Below, in pieces: positions 1-12,190 of a stretch of 64,000 nt of DNA. Source of the stretch: Octopus vulgaris. Its lineage: Eukaryota. The translations under genes were made by a program, and so were the position numbers. Numbering within the stretch: position 1 is the stretch's first letter; each line of letters opens with the position of its first letter. Under the pieces are notes generated by a model. That model saw only the letters and a list, made by a program, of their open reading frames with translations. It did no database searches and was not told where the DNA came from. The DNA is taken from assembly GCA_951406725.2 (NCBI GenBank), contig OX597815.1, positions 198,276,001-198,340,000 on the forward strand, in the 5' to 3' direction.

Positions 1-789
1 ATTTCAGTCATATTTGATCTGTATCATACCGTCTTTAGCAATATATGACTAATAATTTTATCCTATTTTTTCGTTTCAGTATTTTATACATTTTTTTTTT
101 CATCACTTCCTAACATTAACCCACAAATATAACTACCATTTCAGCGAGGAAAAAATAACATCGATTACATATAACTGAACCCGGTTTAGGTATTGGTTTA
201 TTGTCACGTTTCTTTTTTTAGGCCGCGTGAGTCTCTTTTTTGTTGATTGATTTATCCTTTATTGACTACACGTTTTGTTCTTTCCTGTGCAATAAATTTC
301 ACATTAAAAAAGACATAGCTGAAATAGGTTTTTCAGGGGGGAAAAAAAAAGCAAAAACGTTATATAGATTTTGTTGTTTAACCCTTTATACGTTTTTTTT
401 CCTTCTTTCATATAGATATAGAGGGAGAATGAAATTGGTACCATAGATTCTTAATTGATAAGTGGTAATTAAAACATAAGATTCGGAAAACAAAGGACGA
501 AATAAAAACGGATATTTTAAGTTAAGCTAACAATGACTGTATTGATTTTTGAAGGTTTTTTTTTGGCTTCACTCGGCAACTAAAATATAAATAGACTGCA
601 TCAATAGAACATCAAAAGTAATATCACCATGCATTATGATTTGCCTTAGAGAAGCCTGGATATGTCCTGGGGAACCAGACATTTGGTGAATCAGCTTCAT
701 TCAGCTGATGCGTCGTTTATTATTTTTTTTTTACTTATATATTCAAGTATATTAAAATGTCTTATTTCTTCATGATTATTAAACATACA

Positions 790-840
790 CACATACATGC
801 AAACACAAACGTACATGAATACTCACACACACATATACAC

Positions 841-930
<90 letters not shown>

Positions 931-991
931 GTGTATATATATATGTACATATATATCAATACATACATACATCTACGTATATATATATACG

Positions 992-1025
<34 letters not shown>

Positions 1026-1132
1026 TGTATGTATGTATTGATGTATGCGTTATATATATATATATATATATATGCATAAATATATGTATACGTATATATA
1101 TACATACATGTATATGCATGTATAAATATCTT

Positions 1133-1188
<56 letters not shown>

Positions 1189-1240
1189 TAGATAGATAGA
1201 TAGATTGATTGATAGATAGATAGATAAGTAGATAGGTAGA
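790..1240. repeat. Compound microsatellite (TA)n/(GA)n/(GATA)n, representative of dozens in the window
   Basis: Direct inspection; other large arrays lie at 27969-28175, 31672-31821, 38425-38575, 39350-39790, 48345-48790 and 56225-56680. Confidence 0.98.
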
Positions 1241-1907
1241 TACTTATACATAAGCACGTTCCTGTATGACCGTGCGTGTATGTGCTTATGAGTGTATGTT
1301 GCCAATAATGTAGACTTACGTCTATACTACGATGCCTTTCATTTGGAGTGAAAGAACCTTCGGCTGTTTTCAAAGACAAAACTTTCAAATGACACGAATG
1401 TCAGTTGATATCAAAATAGGTTTATTACGCAATAGCTAGATTCAAATTTTCGCAGTGATGTAGAATCCACTAACCGTTACGTCTTGTCCGTTATTATTAT
1501 TATTATTATTATTATTATTGTTATTATTATTGTTATTATTATTATTGTTATTGTTGTTGTTGTTGTTCTTCTTCTTGTTGTGGTTGTTGTTGTTGTTGTT
1601 AATATTATTATTATAATTATAATAATAATAATAATAATAATTATTATTATTATTATTATTGTCATTCAGTAGTTTTATTTTTATAGCGTGCTTCACTTCA
1701 CTACTGAGCGCAGCTCTGTGTGCCTTGGGTATGTGCTGTTGTAGACTTAGGGGTTTCCTGTGTCTGTCTCCCGTGCGTTTGTACACTCAGTATACGATAT
1801 GTAGTTTGTTTATTTACCATGTATTTTTCATTTATATATAAACATATATAAATATATATATATATATTTATATATATATATGCGTGTGTTTGTGTGTGTG
1901 TGTGTGT

Positions 1908-2157
1908 GGAGGTGCGTGGCTTAGTGGTTAGGGTGTCAGCATCATGATCGTAAGATTGTGGTTTCGATTCCTGGACCGGGCGACACGTTGGGTTCTTGAG
2001 CAAAACACTTCATTTCACGTTGCTCCAGTCCACTCAGCTGGCAAAAAGGAGTAACGCTGCGATGGACTGGTGAACCGTCCAGCTGGGGAACACATACGCT
2101 ACTGAAACCGGGAAACCGGGCCCATGAGCCTGGCTAGGCTTTAAAAGGGCGCATTTA
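1908..2157 (+). mobile_element. tRNA-derived SINE (family A)
   Basis: Pol III A-box-like TGGCTTAGTGG and B-box-like GGTTTCGATTCC, followed by a SINE body (GAGCAAAACACTT...CAGTCCACTCAGCTG); ends in (TA)n. Confidence 0.75.
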
Positions 2158-2225
<68 letters not shown>

Positions 2226-2229
<4 letters not shown>

Positions 2230-2438
2230 GTTAGCACGCCGGACGAAATGCGTAGCCGTATTTCATCTGCCGTTACGTTCTGAGTTCAAATTCCGCCGAG
2301 GTCGACTTTGCCTTTCATCCTTTCGGGGTCGATAAATAAAGTACCAGTTTCGCACTGGGGTCGGTGTAATCGACTTAATCCCTTTGTCTGTCCCTGTTTG
2401 TCCCCTCTATGTTTAGCCCCTTGTGGGCCATAAAGAAA
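2226..2438 (+). mobile_element. SINE (family B), 5'-clipped
   Basis: Contains GAGTTCAAATTCC and GAGGTCGACTTTGCCTTTCATCC. Near-identical copies lie at 55478-55704 (+) and 61348-61575 (-), with decayed copies near 7.7, 31.2, 32.7, 45.3-45.8 and 50.1-50.4 kb. Confidence 0.85.
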
Positions 2439-2449
2439 TATATATATAT

Positions 2450-2501
<52 letters not shown>

Positions 2502-2571
2502 CAAAAGAAAGAAAGAGACCTCAATATTATGTAAATAGAGGAAATTTATCTATATATACATACTCGGTAGT

Positions 2572-2634
2572 AGATAAAACTCTGAGTTTCAGATGCCGAA
2601 GTGGAAATCCACAACACCATCTCTTCGGTTATCT
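2572..2634 (-). ncRNA. Second copy of the PLE hammerhead-like motif
   Basis: Reverse complement of 6198-6259 with one extra C in loop II. Confidence 0.6.
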
Positions 2635-2844
2635 GGCTATTTGAAAACGTTATGAAAAAATACCGTTAAAAATGAAGGGAAATTACTCTGTTATAACTCT
2701 GCTTTGCCTGCGTACTTATACATCGCTCGCATTTTTCGTCATAAAAATTATATAAAAATACATAAAAATATATAAAAATATAAAAATATATAAATATATA
2801 AAAATATATAAAATCTTCTTGGGACATAACACAGAAAGCATGTT

Positions 2845-4907
2845 CTATCCGTTTTCTTTAGGGGACCAAAAACGTAACAGAAATTTAGTCACATGTGGGC
2901 ATGATCCGAAAAGTTCTGTCCTTGTATTTAGACATGTGGTAGGGTCTAAGCTGCTTTTCCAGATAAGCCATCTCTCCATGTCGCATAAACCGCACCTTCC
3001 GCTGCCGTTAGTATAGGGCTTACATCTGGCCAAAATCTTCCATTGTATGTTATAATCGACACCTTTATCTCTTAAAGACCAAATATGATTGGATAATTGT
3101 GTCGCTTTTCTTTTGTTCCAGTGCCTAAAGCTCAAAGTGTGGTTATTGAACCTGGCCTTGAAATTACCCTCTGTCAGGCCCACGTATTTCTTCGTCAAAA
3201 CGGTGTCTTTAGTGGTTATAGAGTTTACGGTAGCCTCATATATGATGGTCTTGGACATGCAAGCTCCATTTAGCGGGCACAATTCTTTATTCCTGCATGA
3301 ACAGCTGTTTTCTTCTTGTGTTTTTTGTATGTTATGATTGATTATGTTTTTAAAATTGGTAGTTGAACTAAAACTAATTTTTAAATTGTGTCTATTGAAG
3401 AGTTTCCTATAAGCATGGTTAACTGGAAAATGTCTATCTATCAGTGCTAGGAAATATTTACCTATATTGAAGGCCACCTCGGGTGAGTAAGGGGCGTAAA
3501 CCAGATGACCTTCCTATTTCTATTATTCCTTTTCTTTATTGTTGGGCTGGTGATAGGTGTATATTTTATTTTTTTCGCTAAAACCACTATCTTTTAAAGC
3601 TTTATTATAAACTGGGGCAACGCTATTGAAGATGTCCTCATTAGATGAGAGGCTAGAAATCCTCTTACTAATATTTTTAACTAAATTTTTGAATACTATA
3701 GGGGGATGGCATGAACTCACATTAATATAACTTAGTCTATCATTGGGCTTCCTATAAGGCTTATAAATATTATTATTAAGATCTAAGGAAACGTCTAAGA
3801 AATTGACAACCGTCAGGTTAGTGTCTATAGTTATACTAAGTCCGAAGTGTTTCATTAACTGGATAATATCCTTCCTAAAACGATCTTGTGCTGGTCCATT
3901 TGTATTAGCTGTTAAGGCGAGGGCATCATCTTTGTAGATGGCGAAATGTACGTTAGGGAATGTCTTACTGAAGGTATCTAGGAGAAAGAGTCCAATTAGA
4001 TCACAGATGCCTGCCCCATCATATGAACCCATGCTCACATCGAAAGCGCCCTCCGTGTCGGTGTTTTTTTACCCACTTTGCATTCTCACTGAAAAGTAAT
4101 GTCTTTCTAGCATGGAAGATTATATCCTTATCATTGGTACTAATTTCTATGAAGTCACTAGCGAAGATTAGGGCTTTATCTAGCAGTTCTTTAGAGATAG
4201 AGGCATAAAAATCAACAATATCGAATTGTGTAAACCTCGCTTTTTTCTTATTCTTAATAGCTTTAAACCAGTCTACGACTTCTATACTATTGGACCATTG
4301 CACTAGCCTAGTATCGGTCTTAATTTTCGTATTTATTTTATCTAAAATTTCTTTGCTAATAATCCCTAGTTCTGACTTGGCTGGGTTGATAAGCCTACAT
4401 TTAGGATTGGAAAGGAAGTTTTCTTTGTGGTCTTTAATAGTAATAAAGGCCTCTTTTTGGGGGAGGGTTTCTATTTTTTTATCTAATTTAAGTTTAGCGG
4501 CGATGACGCTAGCTTCTTTATTAATTTCGTTATATGTCTGTGCCCTAGCCTTAGTATAATTATTAATGATGCTGTTGTGTAAGAGTTGTGTGTATTTGCT
4601 GTTATCTACCAGGTATAAGTTCTTGGTTTTATCCGAAAAAAGTGCTTTTTTCTTGGAGCTTTTTATATGATCAATATCTTTCTTCAATTTATGTTGGAAA
4701 ATGTTAAAAGACTTACGAAACTTTATTTTGCTCATGATCTTCAGCAGGTCCGCTTCGAAATCTTCCAAGCCTTTAATCCTAGGAGGGAATTTTGGATTTT
4801 ATCCGATAGCAAATGTTTTCCTTGGTGTTCGCTTCTGTGTCAAAAAAGAAAGCCTTCCATCTCATACGCTTAATTACATCAGTAATTTTTTTGCAGAAGT
4901 TTCTTAG
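2845..4907 (-). pseudogene. Penelope-like RT/GIY-YIG ORF broken by frameshifts
   Basis: ORF-track segments 4779-, 4019-4768, 3523-4038 and 2845-3477 are colinear parts of one protein. Confidence 0.88.
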
Positions 4908-4911
4908 AGTA

Positions 4912-6000
4912 AAAGATGATGCCCTCGCCTTAACAGCTAATACAAATGGACCAGCACAAGATCGTTTTAGGAAGGATATTATCCAGTTAATGAAACACTT
5001 CGGACTTAGTATAACTATAGACACTAACCTGACGGTTGTCAATTTCTTAGACGTTTCCTTAGATCTTAATAATAATATTTATAAGCCTTATAGGAAGCCC
5101 AATGATAGACTAAGTTATATTAATGTAGGTTCATGCCATCCCCCTATAGTATTCAAAAATTTAGTTAAAAATATTAGTAAGAGGATTTCTTAGCCTCTCA
5201 TCTAATGAGGACATCTTCAATAGCGTTGCCCCAGTTTATAATAAAGCTTTAAAAGATAGTGGTTTTAGCGAAAAAATAAAATATACACCTATCACCAGCC
5301 CAACAATAAAGAAAAGGAATAATAGAAATAGGAAGGTCATCTGGTTTACGCCCCTTACTCACCCGAGGTGGCCTTCAATATAGGTAAATATTTCCTAGCA
5401 CTGATAGATAGACATTTTCCAGTTAACCATGCTTATAGGAAACTCTTCAATAGACACAATTTAAAAATTAGTTTTAGTTCAACTACCAATTTTAAAAACA
5501 TAATCAATCATAACATACAAAAAACACAAGAAGAAAACAGCTGTTCATGCAGGAATAAAGAATTGTGCCCGCTAAATGGAGCTTGCATGTCCAAGACCAT
5601 CATATATGAGGCTACCGTAAACTCTATAACCACTAAAGACACCGTTTTGACGAAGAAATACGTGGGCCTGACAGAGGGTAATTTCAAGGCCAGGTTCAAT
5701 AACCACACTTTGAGCTTTAGGCACTTGAACAAAAGAAAAGCGACACAATTATCCAATCATATTTGGTCTTTAAGAGATAAAGGTGTCGATTATAACATAC
5801 AATGGAAGATTTTGGCCAGATGTAAGCCCTATACTAACGGCAGCGGAAGGTGCGGTTTATGCGACATGGAGAGATGGCTTATCTGGAAAAGCAGCTTAGA
5901 CCCTACCACATGTCTAAATACAAGGACAGAACTTTTCGGATCATGCCCACATGTGACTAAATTTCTGTTACGTTTTTGGTCCCCTAAAGAAAACGGATAG
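4912..6000 (+). pseudogene. Inverted partial copy of the PLE ORF, from the RT DD motif to the GIY-YIG C-terminus
   Basis: Starts at KDDALAL; ORF 5368-6000 differs from ORF 2845-3477 by one amino acid (W/L). Confidence 0.9.
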
Positions 6001-6197
6001 AACATGCTTTCTGTGTTATGTCCCAAGAAGATTTTATATATTTTTATATATTTTTATATATATTTTTTATGTATTTTTATATAATTTTTATGACGAAAAA
6101 TGCGAGCGATGTATAAGTACGCAGGCAAAGCAGAGTTATAACAGAGTAATTTCCCTTCATTTTTAACGGTATTTTTTCATAACGTTTTCAAATAGCC

Positions 6198-6259
6198 AGA
6201 TAACCGAAGAGATGGTGTTGTGGATTTCACTTCGGCATCTGAAACTCAGAGTTTTATCT
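6198..6259 (+). ncRNA. Type I hammerhead-like ribozyme in the PLE 3' pLTR (variant core CCGAAGA)
   Basis: Stem I AGAUAA/UUAUCU; core CCGAAGA; stem II GAUG/CAUC plus an extra U; GAAA; near-palindromic stem III ACUCAGAGU; UU at the cleavage site. Confidence 0.6.
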
Positions 6260-8299
6260 TGACTACCGAGTAATGTAACATATTGTATAGATATATATAT
6301 ATATATATATATATATACACTTATATATACATATACCCACACACACTTCTATATATAGCTATATATATATATGTATGTATGATTGCATGGGGAAGTGATT
6401 TCGTTATTTTGCTTGTGTGCGTATGGCTATCATTTTGCGAATGAGAATGTACATGTTTCTATGAGTAGAAACCAAAGGATGGAAATATTTAAATGCTCAA
6501 TAGAATGCTTTTTTAATAGAATATAGGAAATCGCACTGGGGAAGTTTGTTGAAATGTTCCTGGTTTTCGATAAAAGAAAATACAGAAGGATCAGTTAATT
6601 ATGATTTTGCTCACCATATTCTACTCTCAGATTCACACACTAATTGCAGGGTGCCTTTAGTTTTTCTAAGCCCTTCTAAAAGAACTTGCTATGCTGGATC
6701 TTCAACTAGGCCGTTAGCGATATCTTTAAAACAAAGAGTATTTCAACATCTCGTATATCCTTCTTTTACTCGCCGTGCTAGCAAGTGGCTGATACGAACG
6801 AGTGTTAGAATTGCATATCTATAGGAATCTGGCTTTTCTCATATGTTTCTTACGCGCTCATCTGTAGTTTTCAAACATATAACTAGAGTTCCCTTTTAAC
6901 AAAATGTTATGTTCTTTAGATATCAATATGTAGTTATACGCATTTCGTTGCCCTAAACTAGAAGAGTCAAACTACTGACGCACGATGCCGTTTTATATTT
7001 CTTACCTTTTTCCAATCATCATGCACGTTCCATGCAGGAGTAACGTTATTTTAGTTTGCATTCACGTTGAAAGTATGATGTACCCGAATATCTTCTCGCT
7101 CTTTTGAATTAATAATATGTTCTTCTTGTCACGGAAAACCTTCATCGTACGTCTAACTTTTAAGCTTCCTATATCTTTGTCTATCTAGCAATCTTTTGCA
7201 TTTCAATTAGTTTATCAAGCTCGTTCTCTATTTTGGATATCTTATGTGCAGAGTGCAAAGGACCCTCCGTTTTTAGGCTAATATTTTCGGTTTGACGTCA
7301 AAACAACCAGGGAACGTAGAACCCTTCCATCCGAACAAAATATTTCCCGAGCCACTACAAAATTTCCAGCTCACTGAAGAGCATACTCATGCATGTAACC
7401 GAATCTCTGATATCGCGTGTATAAATATTTATGTTTACGACAACGTTTTATATCTCCCTGCTTTTTATATGTTTATTGGGCGTTATAATTTGCACGAACA
7501 AGCATGTTCATTTACGCTCATACTTACGCATGTATGTCTACATATACATATATACATGTACAAACACACACACACACATGCATATTTTCGTATATTACAT
7601 GCATATTCACATATGCACGTTCATATTTTTCTTATAGTTATCATAATGAAATCGTTTTGAGCAGCATTTTCACCTGTTCGGAATTAAAAATAACGTTAGT
7701 ATTTGATATTATGATTAAGGCGTCAAGATAGTAGAATCGTTATCATATCCAGCACAATGCTTAGCGGCATAACCTCAGTCAAATTCCTCCGAGGTCGACA
7801 TTACCTTTCATCCTTTCGGGGTCGTTAAATAAATACCAGTTGAGCAATAGCAACGACGCAATTGTCTTCTCTCATCACTCACCCAATATTGATGTCATTG
7901 CACTAAAATTTGAAACCGATTTTAGAACGTACTCCATTGAGTTTCTCACTTGTTCTTCCCAAATATCTTGTCTAAATTCAACATAAATCTTGTCTATTCC
8001 ACAATGTGTAAATATAAACAACCTATTCATCAAAGATGTGCTAACTACATTTTGGGGATTCAATTCGTTACGACACTTGGAATGTAAATGTGTAAATGTC
8101 TATTCGCATATCTTTATCAAATTTTTAATTAATGTTACATTCATTCCACTACCTAAAGATATGGACATCAGTCTTTCTCTCACACTCATAAGGGTTTTCT
8201 TTTATAGTATATGCTTTCAATATGGTGTGAATAATATCTCTCTTTATTGAATTGTTTAATAGAGGATTTTTCTTCTAAATTATATACATATATTATATA

Positions 8300-8686
8300 C
8301 TAGCAGTATCGCCCGGCGTTGCTAGGGTTTGTTGCGACCCATTAGAATTAGAATTTTTGAAAAGTAAAACATTTGCATTATGTAGCTTGTTATTCTCTTT
8401 AAGTGAACATTTTTCTGGTTGAAATACACCGAACAATGGTGACTCAGCATTCAAAAACTCGTAAAAAAAGGGATTTTCATAGAAAAAAGCACCTTTTTGA
8501 TGTAAATACTTTTTGATCTTAACTTGGTCCTATTTAAATTTTATCTTCTACAGAATGAAGAGCACGCCTTCTATCATACTCTCAATTTTGGTCAACTTGC
8601 GCCGCAGTGTCTTGGAGGAGATTGTGTGAGTTGAAGGCTACCAAACCTGCCACATACAGACAACTTATGCTTTATATATATATAGA
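8300..8686 (-). mobile_element. Non-autonomous Helitron
   Basis: On the minus strand it starts TCTATATATATATAAAG and ends with a GC-rich hairpin (CCCTAGCAACGCCGGG) plus CTAG; it lies between host A and T with no TSD. Confidence 0.7.
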
Positions 8687-8975
8687 TTGTGAAATTTAAT
8701 TTAAAATTGTTAAATTGAATTTTTCCTTGTAAGTTTTGAAGTTATATTCCCTACTATCATATATATGTATATATATATATATATTTGTATATATATATAT
8801 ATATATATATAACAACAGCAATTGCAGCGTGGAAGGTGTTTGTAAGCCATTTAAGAAACACACAAAAGCCGTTCGATACACTTCAACATTTAAGTTTAAT
8901 TTGTCAAAATATTTTTCAGTCGCTAAAATGTCTGCGACCTGTTCACTGATAAAAATCCGTGATGCAGCACGGATT

Positions 8976-9025
8976 TTTGTCAGTGAACAGGTCGCGGATT
9001 TTAGCGACGAAAATATTTTGACAAA
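8976..9025 (+). ncRNA. Type I hammerhead-like ribozyme, G3-C8 core variant
   Basis: UUUGUCA / GUGAACA / G-GUCGC..GCGAC / GAAA-AUAU-U-U / UGACAAA; a mirror copy lies on the minus strand at about 8900-8953. Confidence 0.62.
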
Positions 9026-9034
9026 TTAAACTTA

Positions 9035-10320
9035 CGAGGGGTGTTCAATAAATAATGCCCCTGACCCACTTGCAGTTGTTTGATCTAGCTGATCTGCATG
9101 TGCAATTATTTATATCTCTATAGATTAAGTGGCAAATTACAGCTCTGACCTAATTGTGGTTTCTGATTTACAGGTGTTTGAACTGAGTCAAGTGTGAAAT
9201 GGAGCCTGTTGAGTGTCGAGCAGTGATCCGGTTTTTGTATTTGAAAGGACGCACACCACGGGAGACTTTTGATGAAATGAAAGTAACTTATGGTGATGAT
9301 GCCCCATCATATGACCTTGTAAAACGCTGGAATCGTGAATTCAAACATGGTCGGAACTCTGTGGAAACAGCTCCAGATCTGGTCGCCCCTTCTGCCATTG
9401 ATGGGGGCATTCTGTCCTGTCAAGCTGAGGCTGCCATTTGGGAAGATTGATGCATAATTATTCGCCAAATAGCCCATGAGGTCAAAATTAGTACCGGGTC
9501 TGTGGAAACTATCATTCATGACCATTTGCATATGCAAAAGGTGTCTGCCAGATAGATTCCCAGGTTGCTCACACCTTTCCCGAAGCAAAAATGCGTCGAG
9601 TTCTCGAGGATGAATTTGGAGATGTGCCAAGAAGATGAGTCAACATTTTTCAAAAGACTGATTACACAGGAGGAAACCTGGGTCCATCACTATGATCCAG
9701 AGACCAAAGCCCAGTCAATGCAGTAGAAGCACCGTGACTCACCTCCTCCAAAGTAGGCAAGGGTGCTGCCCTCCGTTGGCAAGGTCATGCTCACAGTCTT
9801 CTGGGACCAGGACAGAGTAGTGATGACAGATTTCCTGGCAAAGGGTACCACAATTACAGGAGCCTATTATGCTTCACTTTTGAGGAAATTAAGAGAAGCT
9901 ATCAAAATCAAGAGGCGGGGCAAGATCAGCAAAGGCATCCTCCCCCTGCAGGACAACGCTCCGGTCCACAACTCGCGTGTTGCCGGATCAGAAGCACAGG
10001 CGTGCACCATGAACTCCCCCATCTCCCCTACTCTCCTGATCTTGCACTCTCTGATTTTCACCTCTTCCCAGCCATGAAGTTGTTTTTGAAAGGAATGCGT
10101 TTCTCAGATGATGCAGTCTTGATTTCTGAAGTCAAGTTGTGGTTGGAGAACCAAGCTGGAGTCTTCTACAAAAACGGTCTCCAGAGCTGCATTAAATGAT
10201 GGGAGAAATGTGTAACTCGGGGTGGTTCCTATGTAGAAAAAGACTAATAACTGTGTCAAGTTTCGTTGCTCTACTGCTATGGGAAGTGGGTGAGGGGCAT
10301 TACTTATTGAACACCCCTCG
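9035..10320 (+). mobile_element. Full-length mariner (DD34D) transposon with decayed transposase
   Basis: About 37-bp TIRs (CGAGGGGTGTTCAATAA...ACCCACTT, 2 mismatches); TA duplication at 9033-9034 and 10321-10322; transposase from 9199 with WVHHYDPETK, LQDNAP and PYSPDLALSDFHLF, broken by stops and frameshifts. Confidence 0.95.
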
Positions 10321-10453
10321 TAAATGTTGAAGTGAATCGAACGGCTTTTGTGTGTTTCTTAAATGGCTTACAAACACCTTCCACGCTGCAATTGTTTTCG
10401 TTTCAGCACACGATTTCAGATCAAATTACTTGCTATGCGAGTACATCTCCGTA

Positions 10454-10521
<68 letters not shown>

Positions 10522-11783
10522 GGATGGGGGGATGAGGAAGCGGTTGTCACATGCTGAATAATGAGGTGGGTACGCAGAAATGAGTTTTTGTGGCAGTTCA
10601 TGCCTATGTTAAAAGTTCTGAGTTAAGTTCTTAGTCTGGAACATCTAATTATAAATATATACGTGTGCGTGTGTTTGTATGGACATGTGCTTGCGTGTGT
10701 GAGAGTGCGTGTGTGCGTGAGTGTGTATGTGTTTGTGTGAGTATGTGTGTGTGTGTATATGTGTGTGCGTGTGTGTGTGCGTTTGTGTGTGTGTGTGTCT
10801 ACCGTTTAGCCCTACTTATACTTGCTGCAGCTTTCAGCCTGGGTATGTTGAGCCGGCCCCAACCAACGGGTCACATTCAGACTTTCTGTGGGAAAACAAG
10901 TACACATGTGGCTCCTTGTTACAGGCATGCTGTTCACAACTTGGAAGTATATTCTTGGGAAAGATCAGAAAACCTACAGAGTAAGAAATCCACTAATACT
11001 CTTACAATTCCAAATCAATACTGTATTATTACTTACTTTACAAGGATCCTGTATTTTCAAAATGCCGAAGTGTTATTATCCCATGCGCAACTTACGACAG
11101 CTAGTTTATGGAGACCATTTTGTAATTATTGTATACGCAGTTTGTTTCATTTCATAATTTTCCATTGAGTATGGTTTCATTTTCAGAAAATATATGATAT
11201 ACAATGTAATTTTTCCAAAATATTTATAGACACATTCTTTGGTATTATCAACGATGTAAATGTTTTCACTTATATTTCAGGATTAAAAAGACAAAACTGT
11301 GTTTTATTTTTTAATGTGAATATGATAGTATCAGAACATTTATCTGTCCATTAGGATATATTTTCTACTAAACATACATTTTTGCATAATACTCCTATTG
11401 TTTTGCTTTGAAGAGCATGTTTTATATCTAAATCGTTGTGTATATTCTTTACTATTATTACAATAATACGATACTTTTCCTTTTTCATGATGCAAATAAA
11501 AGGATATATGTATATATGAATATATTTGAAGAAGTTTCTTCTTGAAAAAAAAAAATATATATAGTTTCGGAATTCTGCAAGTATACAAATCAAATGTGCA
11601 AATTGTTATTCACCATTTTGGTTTCGTTTATGGGTAAGTTTATATAGAGGAAAATGTTGGCCTAGCTTTTGCGGAAGTGGAGATGATTTCAAGCTGTGAA
11701 AAATAATTCGTTTTATATTATTTATTACGAATCATTATCCGAAGATGTATTTACATATGATTTATTCAAATTAAGCTGATGAC

Positions 11784-12190
11784 CGAGTGGCTGTGTGGTA
11801 AGTAGCTTGCCTACCAACCACATGGTTCTCGGTTCAGTCCCATTGCGTGGCATCTTGGGCAAGTGTCTTCTGCTATAGCCTCGGGCCGACCAATGCCTTG
11901 TGAGTGGATTTGGTAGACGGAAACCGAAAGAAACCTGTCGTATATATGTATATATATTTATGTATGTGTATGTATATGTTTGTGTATCTGTGTTTGTCCC
12001 TCTAGCATTGCTTGACAACCGATGCTGGTGTGTTTACGTCCGCGTCACCTAGCGGTTCGGCAAAAGAGACCGATAGAATAAGTACTGGGCTTACAAAGAA
12101 TAAGTCCCGGGGTCAATTTGATCGACTAAAGGCGGTGCTCCAGCATGGCCGCAGTCAAATGAATGACACAAGTAAAATAGTAAAAGAGTA
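11784..12190 (+). mobile_element. tRNA-derived SINE (family C) with internal (TA/TG)n
   Basis: TGGCTGTGTGGTAAG...GGTTCAGTCCC head followed by CTTGGGCAAGTGTCTT. Homologues lie at 38000-38415 (+) and 57823-58238 (-), with decayed copies at 13.2, 25.7, 30.8 and 35.3 kb. Confidence 0.85.

Larger units (their letters stand above)
2500..6290 (-). mobile_element. Penelope-like retroelement (RT + C-terminal GIY-YIG) with an inverted 3'-half duplication at its 5' side
   Basis: Minus-strand ORF pieces read KRMRWKAFFF, KCRLINPAK, QFDIVDFYASI, SMGSYDGA, YKDD, VNFLDV, CSCRNKELCPL, IIYEA...KYVGLTE...RFNNH and RCGLC. Bases 2562-3933 are the reverse complement of 4912-6270. Both ends abut (TA)n. Confidence 0.92.
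8819..10455. mobile_element. Palindromic (head-to-head) pLTR-like element carrying hammerhead motifs, interrupted by a mariner
   Basis: Bases 8819-8961 are the reverse complement of 8968-9034 joined to 10323-10394, with a 6-bp spacer ATGCAG; bounded by (TA)n on both sides. Confidence 0.8.

Noticed and set aside
757-1786. ORFs rich in YI, I, N, L, S or T repeats here and throughout the window (e.g. 39038-40798, 48227-48844, 55961-56772)
   Set aside because: They are translations of (TA)n, (AAT)n and (TAG)n microsatellites, with no coding evidence.
6540-7260. Possible very old LINE fragment on the minus strand
   Set aside because: No unambiguous RT motif could be read.
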